From contig NW_021832995.1 of NCBI RefSeq assembly GCF_006345805.1, positions 1 through 64,000 on the forward strand: a DNA stretch of 64,000 bases, in the 5' to 3' direction. The position numbers and the translations under genes are program-made. Origin of the DNA: Octopus sinensis. Its lineage: Eukaryota. The notes beneath the pieces were generated by a model. The model was not told the DNA's origin. It did not search any database and was given only the letters and a program-made list of their open reading frames with translations. Of this stretch, positions 1-12,142 are shown one piece after another (the stretch's first letter is position 1; each line of letters begins with the position of its first letter).

Positions 1-42
1 ATATGCATGTATATATGTACATATATATGCATATATATATAT

Positions 43-112
43 ATGGCAGTGCCCCAGCATGGCCACAGCTCATGAGCTGAAACTGGAAAAATCAAAAAAA
101 TCAAAAATCAAA
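43..112 (+). mobile_element. Isolated 3' tail of a CR1/L2-group LINE inside (TA)n
   Basis: GGCAGTGCCCCAGCATGGCCACAGCTCATGAGCTGAAACT plus (AAAATCA)n is nearly identical to the LINE 3' end at 51288-51354. Confidence 0.8.
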
Positions 113-161
113 TATATATATCCATATATCTATATATATGCATGTATATATATATACATAT

Positions 162-410
162 ACTCTTTTACTTGTTTCAGTTATTTGACTGTGGCCATGC
201 TGCAGCACCGCCTTTAGTCGAGAAAATCTACCCCAGGACTTATTCTTTGTAAGCCTAGTACTTATACTATCGGTCTCTTTTGCCGAACCGCTAAGTTACG
301 GGGACGTAAACACACCACCATCGGTTGTCAAGCGATGTTCGGGTGACAAATACAGGCACACAAACATACACACCACACACACACACGCACACACACACAC
401 ACTATATATA

Positions 411-451
<41 letters not shown>

Positions 452-607
452 GACGGGCTTCTTTCAGTTTCCGTCTACCAAATCCACTCGCAAGGCGTTA
501 GTCGGGCCGAGGCTATAGTAGAAGACATTTGCCCAGTGGGACTGAACCCGGACCATGTGGTTCGTAAGCAAAAAAAAAGCTACTTACCACACAGCCACTC
601 CTAGCCT
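162..607 (-). mobile_element. tRNA-headed SINE, family A
   Basis: Minus-strand head AGGC..GGAGTGGCTGTGTGGTAAG with B-box-like GGTTCAGTCCC, internal (TA)/(TG) tract, and tail GCATGGCCACAGTCAAATAACTGAAACAAGTAAAAGAG. More than 10 copies occur in the window. Confidence 0.9.
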
Positions 608-653
608 ATGCATATTCAAATGCATATATATATGCATATATATATATATATAT

Positions 654-694
<41 letters not shown>

Positions 695-1228
695 CATGCG
701 CGCGGGGCAGTCAAGAAGGACTTTTTATTAGGAGAGGCAGTTATAACCGTTATAGATTATTGTAATTCTCGTATTTCATTGCTTTGCCTCTAATAAGCTC
801 ACCAGCCAATATTTTTCCACCCACCCTAGTAAACACAACTCGACACAGCTTACCAGACACTGCATGGCACAATCCCAATCCGGTAGCCAAGTACTTGAGA
901 GAGATGGGCATCAAAAATTCTCCTTCAACTTTCCTATATTCCTTATCCTGCTGTCTGTGGATTTTGGGACAAGAGTCCTGGACACCTTCAGCTTAGAAGA
1001 CTTGCATGTGGCTTTCACGCGGTGCCTGCAGCACTGCACCACATGTACTGGATCGTACTTTTAAGGAGATTAGAGTTTTGTACTCCTTTGAAATTAATAA
1101 ATGTCTCTCCTGAAAATGTCTGAAAACCTCAGGATGTATATTATACGTATGTTTATATACACATACATGTGCATATACTCATATATATATAGATGCATGT
1201 GTGTGCGCGCGCGTACATATATACATGA

Positions 1229-1378
1229 CAGGCTTCCACGCAGTTGTGTCTACTATTTTCATTCACAAGGCATTGGTTGGCCTGGGGCTTAATAGAAGGC
1301 ACTTGCCGATAGTGCCGCACAATGGGATTGAACACGAAACCACGAGTTTACAAAGCGAGCTTCTTAAACACACCCATG
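1229..1378 (-). mobile_element. Degenerate SINE head fragment (family A-related)
   Basis: Minus strand has GGTTTCGTGTTCAATCCCATTGTGCGGCAC...GGCAAGTGCCTTCT, similar to the family A head and core. Confidence 0.6.
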
Positions 1379-2771
1379 TTTGTCAAGAATTTATTTAAGT
1401 CACGTATGCCTTTCAGAACTCCGGTTAAAGAAAGCCAAAATATAACCATCTTTACAAAACATTCGATACTGATGGAATAAAGTGGTGAAGGTGATGAGAA
1501 ATCCTTAAATCCTTAAATTGGAAACCAAGTCCAAAAGGTTGCTACAGCGTAGGTCCCAGTAAATTCATTGAGGGCCAAGCACTGTGTCAAACTGGGCAAC
1601 AGATAATGTCCACTATACAGGAGAATGTGTGTTTATGGCATGTGTGTGTATGGTCTGTACGACAGACTTTCAGTACAGTGTCAGTCCGCCCAATTTCTGT
1701 TACATGGCTTGAGTGGATTCGAAACTAGGATAAAACATTTTTGCCCAGTAGGTCGTCGTCGTCAAGTATTGTACACCTGAAGTGCATTGATGACATGACA
1801 ACGACATTCTTCCCAGCTAAACGTGAGTTCTCCAGCTGCCTTGCCACTCTTGTCCAATCAGCTCATGATATTGTCCATCCATTGCGCTTTTTACCTGCCT
1901 CTTGATCTAATAACTTCTACTCTTTTTTTCCATGATAATGTTTTCCAGACCTCTGCTTCTTCGAATATGGCCTTAACAGATGAGTTTTATTTTTTTTTCA
2001 TAATGTTCGGTTGTGGTCTTACTCAATAAGCCACGTCTGAAAAATTGAACAACTGAAAAACAGATGGAATGGTCACCGATGGAATACTTCGATCATAGGT
2101 CTGCGTTATTAGATATGACCTTAGATTTCAACTTATAAACCAATCAACTATACTCGTATAATAGTCTTTGTATGAATATGTATGTGTGTTTAGTAATGTC
2201 TACGCATTCCTTTGGGATTCCAGGAAATGTTTCTGACCTTTGAGCATTCTCATTTATATTCTTCTATACGGCCATCGCCCGTTGTTTGCATTAATTTATG
2301 TCGATTTAATTAGTCTTTTCTATGTAATTATCTTCATCTTTGTGCATATCTTTCCATTTTCAATTCCGCGTTCGTTGTTTATGTTCAACGAGTGAATCAT
2401 GTGCAAAGCAATGATTTTACAGGCGACTCTGTGTGTATATAAGCATACGTTACGTATGAGTTCGTACAATATATTGAGTACAAAGTTTAAACGTTTTGCC
2501 TTTTCACAGAAAGAAAATATAACATTAATACATCCACACATACACGTATGCATATATGAGTGATACGAGTGTATACGTGTATTAAACTATACACTAAACA
2601 TCGATGATACGGGCTTCATACATAGGTGGAGAATTTTTTGAACGTCTTTGTATTTATTTTATACCTGTGTAGATTGTGTAAGCATACACATGTTTAAATT
2701 CAAGCCAATATGTACATATCAATCACATCCATATCTTTCAAATCATACACGTACATATATACAAATATACA

Positions 2772-2807
<36 letters not shown>

Positions 2808-3289
2808 AGTTAATGTTCACAGTGTTGAGATAAGAACTTCAGGCCATGAACACACAAATACATACAAGTACACACCAGCACATACATACATACACACCAT
2901 CACATACATACATACATACATACATACATACATACATAAAAAAAGATATGTGTGTATGTATATTCGCTTCAGCAAATTATACGAATGTATATGTGTATTT
3001 TTAAGAGAAAATTTTTTTAAAAAACATCCATATTAAAAATTGATATATCATTATCATCAACAACAAACGCATCATCAGTAGTAATATCAACAACAACAAC
3101 AACAACAATGTCAACAGCGAAGTAACAACTGATTTAGACGAAGAAAACCTCAAAGCGAAAGGAACGTAAAACAGCACCCTGTTTCACTCCTTCCGTATTC
3201 TTCGTGCGGCATCTTATCACTATGCAAACCGAGTGAGGGTTTGTCGTCACAAAACTACAATACCATCATTAAATTATAGCATAACTCTA

Positions 3290-3328
<39 letters not shown>

Positions 3329-3650
3329 CTTTTTCTCTCTCTCTCTCTCTATCTTTCTCTCTCTTTCTTTCAATGTCTCTCTCCACCTCTCTCTCTCTCT
3401 CCACCCCTCTCCACCTCTCTCTCTCCCTCTCTCTCTCTCTCTATCTATCTTTCTCTCTCTTTCTTTCAATATCTCTCTCCACCTCTCTCTCTCTCTCCAC
3501 CCCTCTCCACCTCTCTCTCTCTCTCCACCTCTCTCTCTCTCTCCCTCTCTTTCTCTCTCTCTCTCTCTATCTTTCTCTCTTTCTTTCAATATCTCTCTCC
3601 ACCTCTCTCTCTCTCTCCACCTCTCTCTCCCTCTCTCCCCCTCTCTCTCT
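3290..3650. repeat. Compound (CT)n microsatellite with a repeated internal unit
   Basis: The motif TTTCTTTCAAT(G/A)TCTCTCTCCACC recurs three times about 100-120 bp apart within (CT)n. Confidence 0.95.
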
Positions 3651-4103
3651 GTCTTGATATAGTCCTTGCTACATATTTGCCCCAAAGGTCAGAGTAACTA
3701 AACTATTTAAAAATGGAAAGCATGTGCAGTGTTGAGTTCACAGAGAATTGTAATTCCAGGCTTTCATCAGATATGGAAATAAAATTTAATATTTAAACGA
3801 GATTATTTCAAAACAGCCCTTTGCAGATTCCCAGTACACTACAATGGTTGTCTTGTCTTATCATTTATACACGCAAACGTGTGTTTGTGTATAAAGACAA
3901 ACACTTACACACACTATACACACACACAAACACAAACACCCTAACACATATTTATGCACACACACACACTCACACGAATACTTTGATATATACATACAAA
4001 CATACATGCAGATATATTCATACACATACAGGTATACACATATATGCATACATACACACACATACATATATATATATATATACGTAAATGCACATATACA
4101 TAC

Positions 4104-4134
<31 letters not shown>

Positions 4135-4137
4135 TTA

Positions 4138-4206
<69 letters not shown>

Positions 4207-4244
4207 TATACATATATATATATTTGTATGTGTGTATGTGTATA

Positions 4245-5003
4245 CACGGTGTCCCAAAAGTCACTAATGTGTTTCAATTTTTAATAACTTTCTTAACTTT
4301 ACAAAAAAATGAATGAAATTTTGATACAATATAAAGGACATGATGGAAATTAACATGCACAAGTCAAGTCTTGCAACTTCCACTACATCACATATGAAAA
4401 ATGACATCGCTAAATGACAGCCATTTTCAGCTTCGCACACCCGTGCTCTTTCCAAAACTTGGACCATAATACCTCAAGAGTTTCAGACCCCGCTTCTCTG
4501 ATTTCTCGGTTGATGTTCTCCTTCAGTTGCACCAGGGTCTTCGGTTTGTTGACGTAAACCCTCTCTTTCAGGTATCCAGAGCTGAGCCGTTTTTGCGCCA
4601 GGCCACTTAATGTAGACCTCACATATGGCGCTCATACCGCAAGAGAAACAATGCAATTGCTACAGCAGTACTTTGGAGAGAGAATAATCTCCCGCTACGG
4701 CAATGTCAACTGGCCTTCACGTTCTCCAGACTGGACTAGCCCGGATTTTCTTTTTCTTGTGGGGATACCTGAAAGAGAGGGTTGACGCCAACAAACTGGA
4801 GACCCTGTTACAAGTTTTGCAAAGAGCACGGGCGTGTGATGCCGAAAATGGTTGCCATTTAAGCGATGTTATTTTTCATATGTGATAGTGGGGTTGCACA
4901 ATTTGACTTATGCATATTAATTTCCATTATGTCATTTATATTGTATCAAACATTCGTGAATGTTTTTGTAAAGTTAAGGAAGTTATTAAAAATTAAAACC
5001 CTG
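4245..5003. mobile_element. Non-autonomous Tc1/mariner (DD41D-like) fold-back element
   Basis: TA flanks and terminus CACGGTGTCCCAAAAG. 4245-4578 is an inverted copy of 4763-5003. Both arms encode the transposase C-terminus (WGYLKERV.NKP.TL); the centre encodes AHTARETMQLL..ERIISRYGNVNWPSRSPD. Confidence 0.85.
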
Positions 5004-5039
<36 letters not shown>

Positions 5040-5350
5040 ATATGTATATATATATATTTTGTATGTGTGTATGTATATTTGTATGTGTGTATATATTTGT
5101 ACATGTATATATATATATATATGTGCATGTGTGTGTGTATATATATATATGTATATATATATATATGTATATTTGAGTATATATATATGTATGTATATGC
5201 ATGTATGTATATTTGAGTATATATATATGTATGTGTATGTATGTATGTATATTTGAGTATATATATATGTATGTATGTATGTATATTTGCATGTATATAT
5301 ATATATTTGTGTGTATATATATATATTTGTTTGTGTATATATATATATAC

Positions 5351-5745
5351 GTTTTATCTTTTACGGGTTTCAGCCAGAGGTCAAGGTCATGCTGCTGCAC
5401 CGCTTTAACAGCATCCGAGGATTTCTCCAGTATCGCTTCTGGTGAAGTAACGAGCTGGACGTTGCCGCTCTTCTTTGCGCCTCCTGCCGCCATGGGGATT
5501 CATGTGGTATTACAGATAAAAAAAATGTCTAGACGGTTTTTGAAGACTTCTATGTCCTACACCTCGTAGATCCCTGATGTTCTGTGGTAGGGCATTAAAA
5601 AGGTGTGGTCCCTTGAATCTCAAGGCTGCGAATGATCTGTGTCTTTTGTTTTTGTCCCGTTTGCCGTTTCTAACTAATATTAACGTCTATTTTTCCTACA
5701 TGTGTCTTGTTGATTTCCGCTTGTGTTCTTTCTTCCTACCCTTGA
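5351..5745 (-). mobile_element. 5'-truncated CR1/L2-group LINE 3' fragment (copy 1)
   Basis: Frameshifted minus-strand translation [47 protein letters not shown] matches the C-termini of the other LINEs. It ends with the GCGGTGC..GCATGACC..GGCTGAAAC tail. Confidence 0.85.
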
Positions 5746-6084
5746 TATATATATATATTATATATATATATATATATTTGTATGTGTGTATATATTTTTG
5801 TATGTGTGTATGTATATTGTATGTGTGTATATATATTTGTACATGTATATATATATATATGTGCATGTGTGTGTGTATATATATATGTATATATATATAT
5901 GTATATTTGAGTATATATATATGTATGTATATGCATGTATGTATATTTGAGTATATATATATGTATGTGTATGTATGTATGTATATTTGAGTATATATAT
6001 ATGTATGTATGTATGTATATTTGCATGTATATATATATATTTGTGTGTATATATATATATTTGTTTGTGTATATATATATATAC

Positions 6085-6475
6085 GTTTTATCTTTTACGG
6101 GTTTCAGCCAGAGGTCAAGGTCATGCTGCTGCACCGCTTTAACAGCATCCGAGGATTTCTCCAGTATCGCTTCTGGTGAAGTAACGAGCTGGACGTTGCC
6201 GCTCTTCTTTGCGCCTCCTGCCGCCATGGGGATTCATGTGGTATTACAGATAAAAAAAATGTCTAGACGGTTTTTGAAGACTTCTATGTCCTACACCTCG
6301 TAGATCCCTGATGTTCTGTGGTAGGGCATTAAAAAGGTGTGGTCCCTTGAATCTCAAGGCTGCGAATGATCTGTGTCTTTTGTTTTTGTCCCGTTTGCCG
6401 TTTCTAACTATATTAACGTCTATTTTTCCTACATGTGTCTTGTTGATTTCCGCTTGTGTTCTTTCTTCCTACCCT

Positions 6476-6478
<3 letters not shown>
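6085..6478 (-). mobile_element. 5'-truncated CR1/L2-group LINE 3' fragment (copy 2, duplicated)
   Basis: Near-identical to 5351-5745. Confidence 0.85.
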
Positions 6479-6557
<79 letters not shown>

Positions 6558-7719
6558 ACAGAAAGGAGGAATTTCGATTATCCCCACGTGGTGAGTTGTA
6601 ATGTATATAAGAAATTAAAAAAGGAAAATACGCACATTTTACATAGTTTTAATATAATTTTTAATGTATCGACCGGCTTCGCTATCGCTATTCATGATAT
6701 TATGTTTTACTTATTTGAATATGTATTTTCTTAAGAAGAAATGTTGACCATGTTGCGTGTGATGATATTTACGAGTGAATGACTTCACAAGTTGAAAAAT
6801 AAGAGGAGCTAATTGGTTATCGTTATTATTGTTATTGTTGTGGGTAAGGGAGATAACTGTTCGGTTTTCGGTAATGGGAGGGGAATATGTATGTACAGAC
6901 AAAACCAGATGGAAAGTGTCGCCGAGGAGGTCACAGATGTGTGACGAAAGATTTAGGGACAGTGGACATTAATTAGAATAAGAACAGTAATAAACGAGAG
7001 TAGAACGAATATATAGTGTTTGTGTTTCTTTGGCAAAACAAAAACAAATGACCATCCCGAAATACAACAATATATATCCATATATCAGTTTATATATGAA
7101 AGTGAAATGGTAGGAAAGAAGCATTGACTATTGGTTGTTACATTAAACAGATATCCAATAAAAAAAAAGGCGACTTATTAAGATAATCAGGAAGTTATTG
7201 ATTTTGGTCGTTTAATAGACAAAACTCTATTGTGTTATATGATATGCAGAATCTTTAACATCGTCAAGATGTAGCAGCAACGTAGGATCTACATATTGTG
7301 TGGGAAATACATTGTAATTTATAATAGAAAATAGTACAAAGGTGATAATTATTGGTGTGATTTCTATTTATATTAATATTTGAAAACTGCGAGTTTGTTA
7401 TTAGTATGTTTGTCAATACACATTATTACATTTGTGAATAGATGCTTTGTGGTAAATGTCAGCCATAAAAGAAAGGCGGAAGAGATATGTGGTGGTATAA
7501 AAGATATCAAAAGATATTATGTTGATTATCCAATGTAAGATTTGATTATCTAATGTAAGATGGATATTAGTGTAGGGTTTCCAATTTCCAAAGATTAAAA
7601 GATTATTTCGCTAAAGTATGTTTTAGGGGTTAGATGTTATGCAACAAAGATCTGATAAGAGAGAACTGGAGACGGAGGTGAATTAAATATCATGTGTGAT
7701 AAGAGCTGTGTTAGGGGAT

Positions 7720-8725
7720 TCGTTAGAACCCCGGACAAAATCCCTTGCGGCATTTGTTCCAGTACTTTACGTTCAAATCCCGTCGAAGTCAACTTTGTCT
7801 TTTATCCTTGTAATGTCGATAAAATAAAATACCAGCAAAGTACTGCGGCCGATGGTATTGATTAGACGGTTCCTGTCAGAATTACTGGCCTTGTGTTTTA
7901 ATTAACAGCTATATTACTGGAAGAGGTGGAGCGGTGTAAAAGAGTAATTATGTTGGTTAGCTAATGCAATATAGATTTCAAATTTTGACACAAGGCCGGC
8001 AATTTCGTAGGAGCGGGTTAGTCGATTAGATCGACTCCAGTGCTCAACTGGAATTTATTTGATCGACGCCGAAAGGATGAGAGATAAAGTCGACCTCGGC
8101 AGAATTTGAACTCATGACGTAAAAACAAACGAAATACTACAAAGCATTTTGCCCGGCGTGCTCGCCGCCTTAGATATAGGGTTAATATTAATAATATGTA
8201 GTTCTGAGTTCAAATTTTGCCGAGGATGACTTTGCCTTTCATTCCACACCCTCGAAAGGATGAGAGGCAAAGTCGACTTCGGTGGAATTTGAACTCAGGA
8301 TGTAAAAACAGGCGAAATACCTATTTCTTTACTACTCACAAGGGGCTAGACACAGAGGAAACAAACAAGGACAGACAAACGGATTAAGTTGATTATATCG
8401 ACCCCAGTGCGCAACTGGTACTTATTTAATCGACCTAAAAGGTTGAAAGGCAAAGTCGACCTCGGCGGAATTTGAACTCAGAACGTAACGGCAGACGAAA
8501 TACATATTTCTTTACTACCTACAAGGGGCTAAACACAGAGAGGACAAACAAGGACAGACAAACGGATTGTATCGACCTCAGTGCGTAACTGGTACTTAAT
8601 TTATCGCCCCCGAAAAGATGAAAGGCAGAGTCAACCTCGGCGGAATTTGAACTCAGAACGTAGCGGCAGACGAAATACTGCTAAGCATTTCGCCCGGCGT
8701 GCTAACATTTCTGCCAGCTCGCTGC
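7720..8725. mobile_element. Cluster of tRNA-headed SINE family B copies, including a minus-strand multimer (8245-8725)
   Basis: Repeated GGCGGTGAGCTGGCAG head and TTCTGAGTTCAAATTCCGCCGAGGTCGACTTTGCCTTTCATCC body, on both strands. Confidence 0.9.
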
Positions 8726-9518
8726 CTAATGTTTATATGTACATAGCATATTTCGTTTTTGGATTTGGTTTGCAAGATTCTTTATATGAGTTCGTGTGTT
8801 GAAGCATATTCTGTTGAGAGTCAGGACTATTGAAAAGGTTGCAAGACGCAACGAAAATTTTAGGAAAATAAAAATAAGAAATAAGTGGAAATTTTACCGG
8901 TGAGTGTGTTAGATTATAAGGCACAAAAAGAAAATGACTCTCCGCAGACACACCAGATACATAGTATACGTTTTGCTTATATGCCTATTAGCTGCTGAAT
9001 AGCGTCCTGGGATACATTCCTTCACAACTTTGGCACTCTACCTAGGTGCCGCGCAGTTAGACTGAACCCAAAACCATGTGGTCGCAATGCAAGCGTCTTA
9101 AGCACACAACCAACCCATGTTTATCAATGCGAACAAAAGAAAACATTTGTTGCTCAGAAAATGTCAGTGGAATATGAGGTAAAAAACGTTAAAATTTCAT
9201 GGGCTTTGAATATGACTAAAGCGTTTTTGTTACAGAATCCTGGTGTTTTTCCAAACATCTTATCGAGATTTTTGTTTATCAACAACCGTATCTGTAGTTT
9301 GGATTTTTTTTAAACCAAATTCTTTCTGTTATTGCCAGGCAGATTTATTTTCTTTCCTAATATTTACTACCTCATTCACGTACGGAATGGTATTTTCACT
9401 GCAGTTTGCTGTTCTTCTTCTCTGATTTCCTAATTTATGTTCATAAATTTTCTTTTGTGGAATATTTTATGCTCTAGTTAAGGGGCTTTCGACTTGTTCT
9501 TCTATTGTATTCCTTACT

Positions 9519-9519
<1 letters not shown>

Positions 9520-9600
<81 letters not shown>
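9520..9600. repeat. (CT)n microsatellite
   Basis: Pure CT run of about 80 bp. Confidence 0.98.
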
Positions 9601-9605
<5 letters not shown>

Positions 9606-9791
9606 TTGTCATGCTTTCATGTTGCATTCGTAAATGATGTTTTCATTGTAAAAGGCTGTTCTTCTTGTTTGATTTCCTGGTTTACAGGGATTTTCATCTT
9701 TACTTGTAGCATGTTGTTACAAAATGTGTTTTTTCCCTGCTGTAGCAAAGGCGATCTTACTTTCTCTTGTAAATTATTATTATTATTACAA

Positions 9792-9831
<40 letters not shown>

Positions 9832-9843
9832 TATTATCATTAG

Positions 9844-10320
9844 GGCGGCAAGCTGGCAGAATCGTTAACACGCCGAGCAAAACAACGGAATTTCGTTCGT
9901 CATTACGTTCTGACTTTGTTACCACGTCAGGCAAAATGCTAAGAGGCTTTTCGCCCGTCTTAACGTGCTGAGTTTATATTCCCCCCGGGGTCGATTTAGC
10001 GTTACACCCTCCCGGTGTCGATAAAATAAATACCAGTCGAACACTAGGGTCGATGTAATCGACTAGTTTCCTCCCCCAAAATCTCAGGTGTTGTGCCTAT
10101 GGGAGAAAAGATTATCATTATAGTTGTTATTATAGCTATTGTTATTGGCCGTATTCCGACCGTCTTCATGCTCTGAATTCAAATTCCGCCGAGGTCGACT
10201 TTGCCTTTCATCCTTTCGGGGCTGATAAAGAAAGTACCAGTCGAGTACCGGGATCGATGTAATCGACTTACCTGCTTTCACGAAGTTGTTGGCCTTGGGC
10301 CAGAATTTGAAATTGTTGTT
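9844..10320 (+). mobile_element. Two SINE family B copies
   Basis: Family B head at 9844, body motifs at about 9960-10110 and 10160-10310, and (TTA)n tails. Confidence 0.85.
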
Positions 10321-10429
10321 GTTATTATTATCATTATTATTATTATCATCATCATCATTATCATTATTATTATTATTATACTCTTTTACTTGTTTCAGTG
10401 CCTGCATCAGAGCATTTATTATTATTATT

Positions 10430-10478
<49 letters not shown>

Positions 10479-10555
10479 CATCATCATCATTATTATTATT
10501 ATCATTATTATCATCATCATCATCATTATTATTATTATCATTATTATCATCATCA

Positions 10556-10596
<41 letters not shown>

Positions 10597-10598
10597 GA
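10310..10598. repeat. Compound (ATT)n/(ATC)n trinucleotide microsatellite
   Basis: Direct inspection. It is the source of the poly-N/D/I/H ORFs in the track. Confidence 0.98.
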
Positions 10599-11008
10599 GT
10601 GAGAGAGCAGTGTATGCCATCAAAGTGACACTGGGGTAAAATATACGAAGCCCAGTATAACCATCATGACTACCCGTCTGATAAGGGTACACTAGGCACA
10701 TACATCGCAACCATATGTGCGCAACATGGTGATCTCATATCAAGATAAACAGCACATGACCTTGCAGGTGGGGCCCAGTTAGAATTTTCTTCTGGTCGAG
10801 TAACCCATCCCGCTCAAAAGGTCACTGAATAAGGGTTGTTTAAGTATGATGAAAGAAACAGCCATGTTTCCAGGGGTGAATTACTCAAACCCCAAAGAAT
10901 CCCTCTCAACACATGGCTATGATGCTCCCCCACTACTTCTGCTCGTGGTCAGAGATGCACGTATCGTCAGCCACTAAGGGACATGCTCAACTGGTTAAGG
11001 TCACACAA
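10598..11008 (-). mobile_element. Probable non-LTR retroelement 3' UTR fragment ending in an (AAT)n tail
   Basis: A GC-richer non-coding block that runs on the minus strand straight into CTCTCACTCA(ATA)n. Recognised only as an interspersed-repeat-like sequence. Confidence 0.45.
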
Positions 11009-11158
11009 TATTATTATTATTATTCAACTTTGTCTTTCATCCTTTCGGGGGGCGGTCGATAAAATAAGTACCAGTTGAACAATGGGGACGATGTAATCGA
11101 CTTAACTCCTTCCATAAAATTGCTGCCCTTGTAAAATTTAAAACCATTATTATTATTA

Positions 11159-11200
<42 letters not shown>

Positions 11201-11600
11201 CATAGCAGAATCGTTATGTTTGCACGTGGGTCATACTGCTTGGCCAACGTATGGCGTAGATAGGTTGTTTGTTTTTACACAATATCTTTAAGTTTGTTTA
11301 CAGTTTAACGGCAACTGTTTGGGTTAATGAGGTTGCAGCTTATAGAATTAAGGTTTAGCAAAACCAACTTTTGATTGGTAAAAATTGGTGAAGTCTTGCG
11401 AAAAACTTTGTGTAATGAGATGTACTCAGATTTTTTACGAAATTTTATTGTATTTATTATGCTATTTGTTAAACAGCTGTGACTACAGATAAATTGAGTT
11501 ATACCATATTGTATGTGTTTGTGTTCTCAAAGACGATTCCTGGTTTCTGCGAAGTATATCTTAATTGGGTGCACAATATATTGGAAAATAAAACAATATC

Positions 11601-12005
11601 CGCCGCTCTCGTTCACCTTCGAGGCGAGTTGCTTTGCATTCTTTACTCGGCGTCGTGAAGGGACGCCATCCCACAGTTAATGGTCGTATAAACAGAACAT
11701 ACACCATACACGTGTCATCGATAATATTAATATTATCAGAGCTGCTTTTAATTCAAAATTTAATTTTGTTTCATTTGTGCTCCGCTTCAGAATATCAGTA
11801 AATAGACTTTACACTATTCATATGTCTCCGAACGACGATACGATTCGTTTCGAAGTGAGTCGAGTATACGGCGCTGAAGAGCTAAAACGTTAGCGAAATA
11901 TCAATATCTGCCGATTTGGTTCCGCTTCGGGGCGAGTTGTCTCAGTTGATTTGACATTGTGTTCTTTGACACTCGCCGTCCTGAAGGGACGTCTCTCAAG
12001 ACGCT
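11601..12005 (+). mobile_element. Hammerhead-bounded 308-bp unit plus a partial second copy (retrozyme or Penelope pLTR-like)
   Basis: 11595-11680 and 11903-12000 are diverged direct repeats. Both begin at AATATC^(C/T)GCCG, the hammerhead cleavage site. Confidence 0.7.
11851..11913 (+). ncRNA. Type I hammerhead ribozyme (complete core)
   Basis: CGGCG-CTGAAGA(11874-80)-GCTAA/AACG/TTAGC-GAAA(11895-98)-TA/TCAA/TA-TC^-TGCCG. All core bases are present, with a G10.1-C11.1 pair, an AUC triplet and predicted cleavage after 11908. Confidence 0.85.
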
Positions 12006-12142
12006 ATCCTGCATACTGTGTGTGTATGTATGTATGTATGTATGTATGTATGTATGTATGTATGTATGTATGTATGTATGTACGTTATCTGGTTTCAAGT
12101 AGAATACCACAGAACGATGCATGAAGTTCTTGATTGCTATTA

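Larger units (their letters stand above)
5004..6478. repeat. Tandem duplication with a period of about 734 bp
   Basis: 5351-5745 and 6085-6478 differ by about one indel, and the upstream compound (TA/TG) tracts share the same interruption pattern. Confidence 0.95.

Noticed and set aside
784-1080. Possible 3' end of an I/Jockey-type LINE (..AWHNPNPVAKYL..)
   Set aside because: Only a short, weak motif resemblance. Left unresolved.
3715-3790. CTGATGA on the minus strand as a hammerhead
   Set aside because: GAAA is replaced, and no stem I or III can be formed.
4993-6227. ORFs starting [24 protein letters not shown] (two copies) as a host gene
   Set aside because: They are an alternative frame of a LINE C-terminus and 3' UTR, and run into (TA)n.
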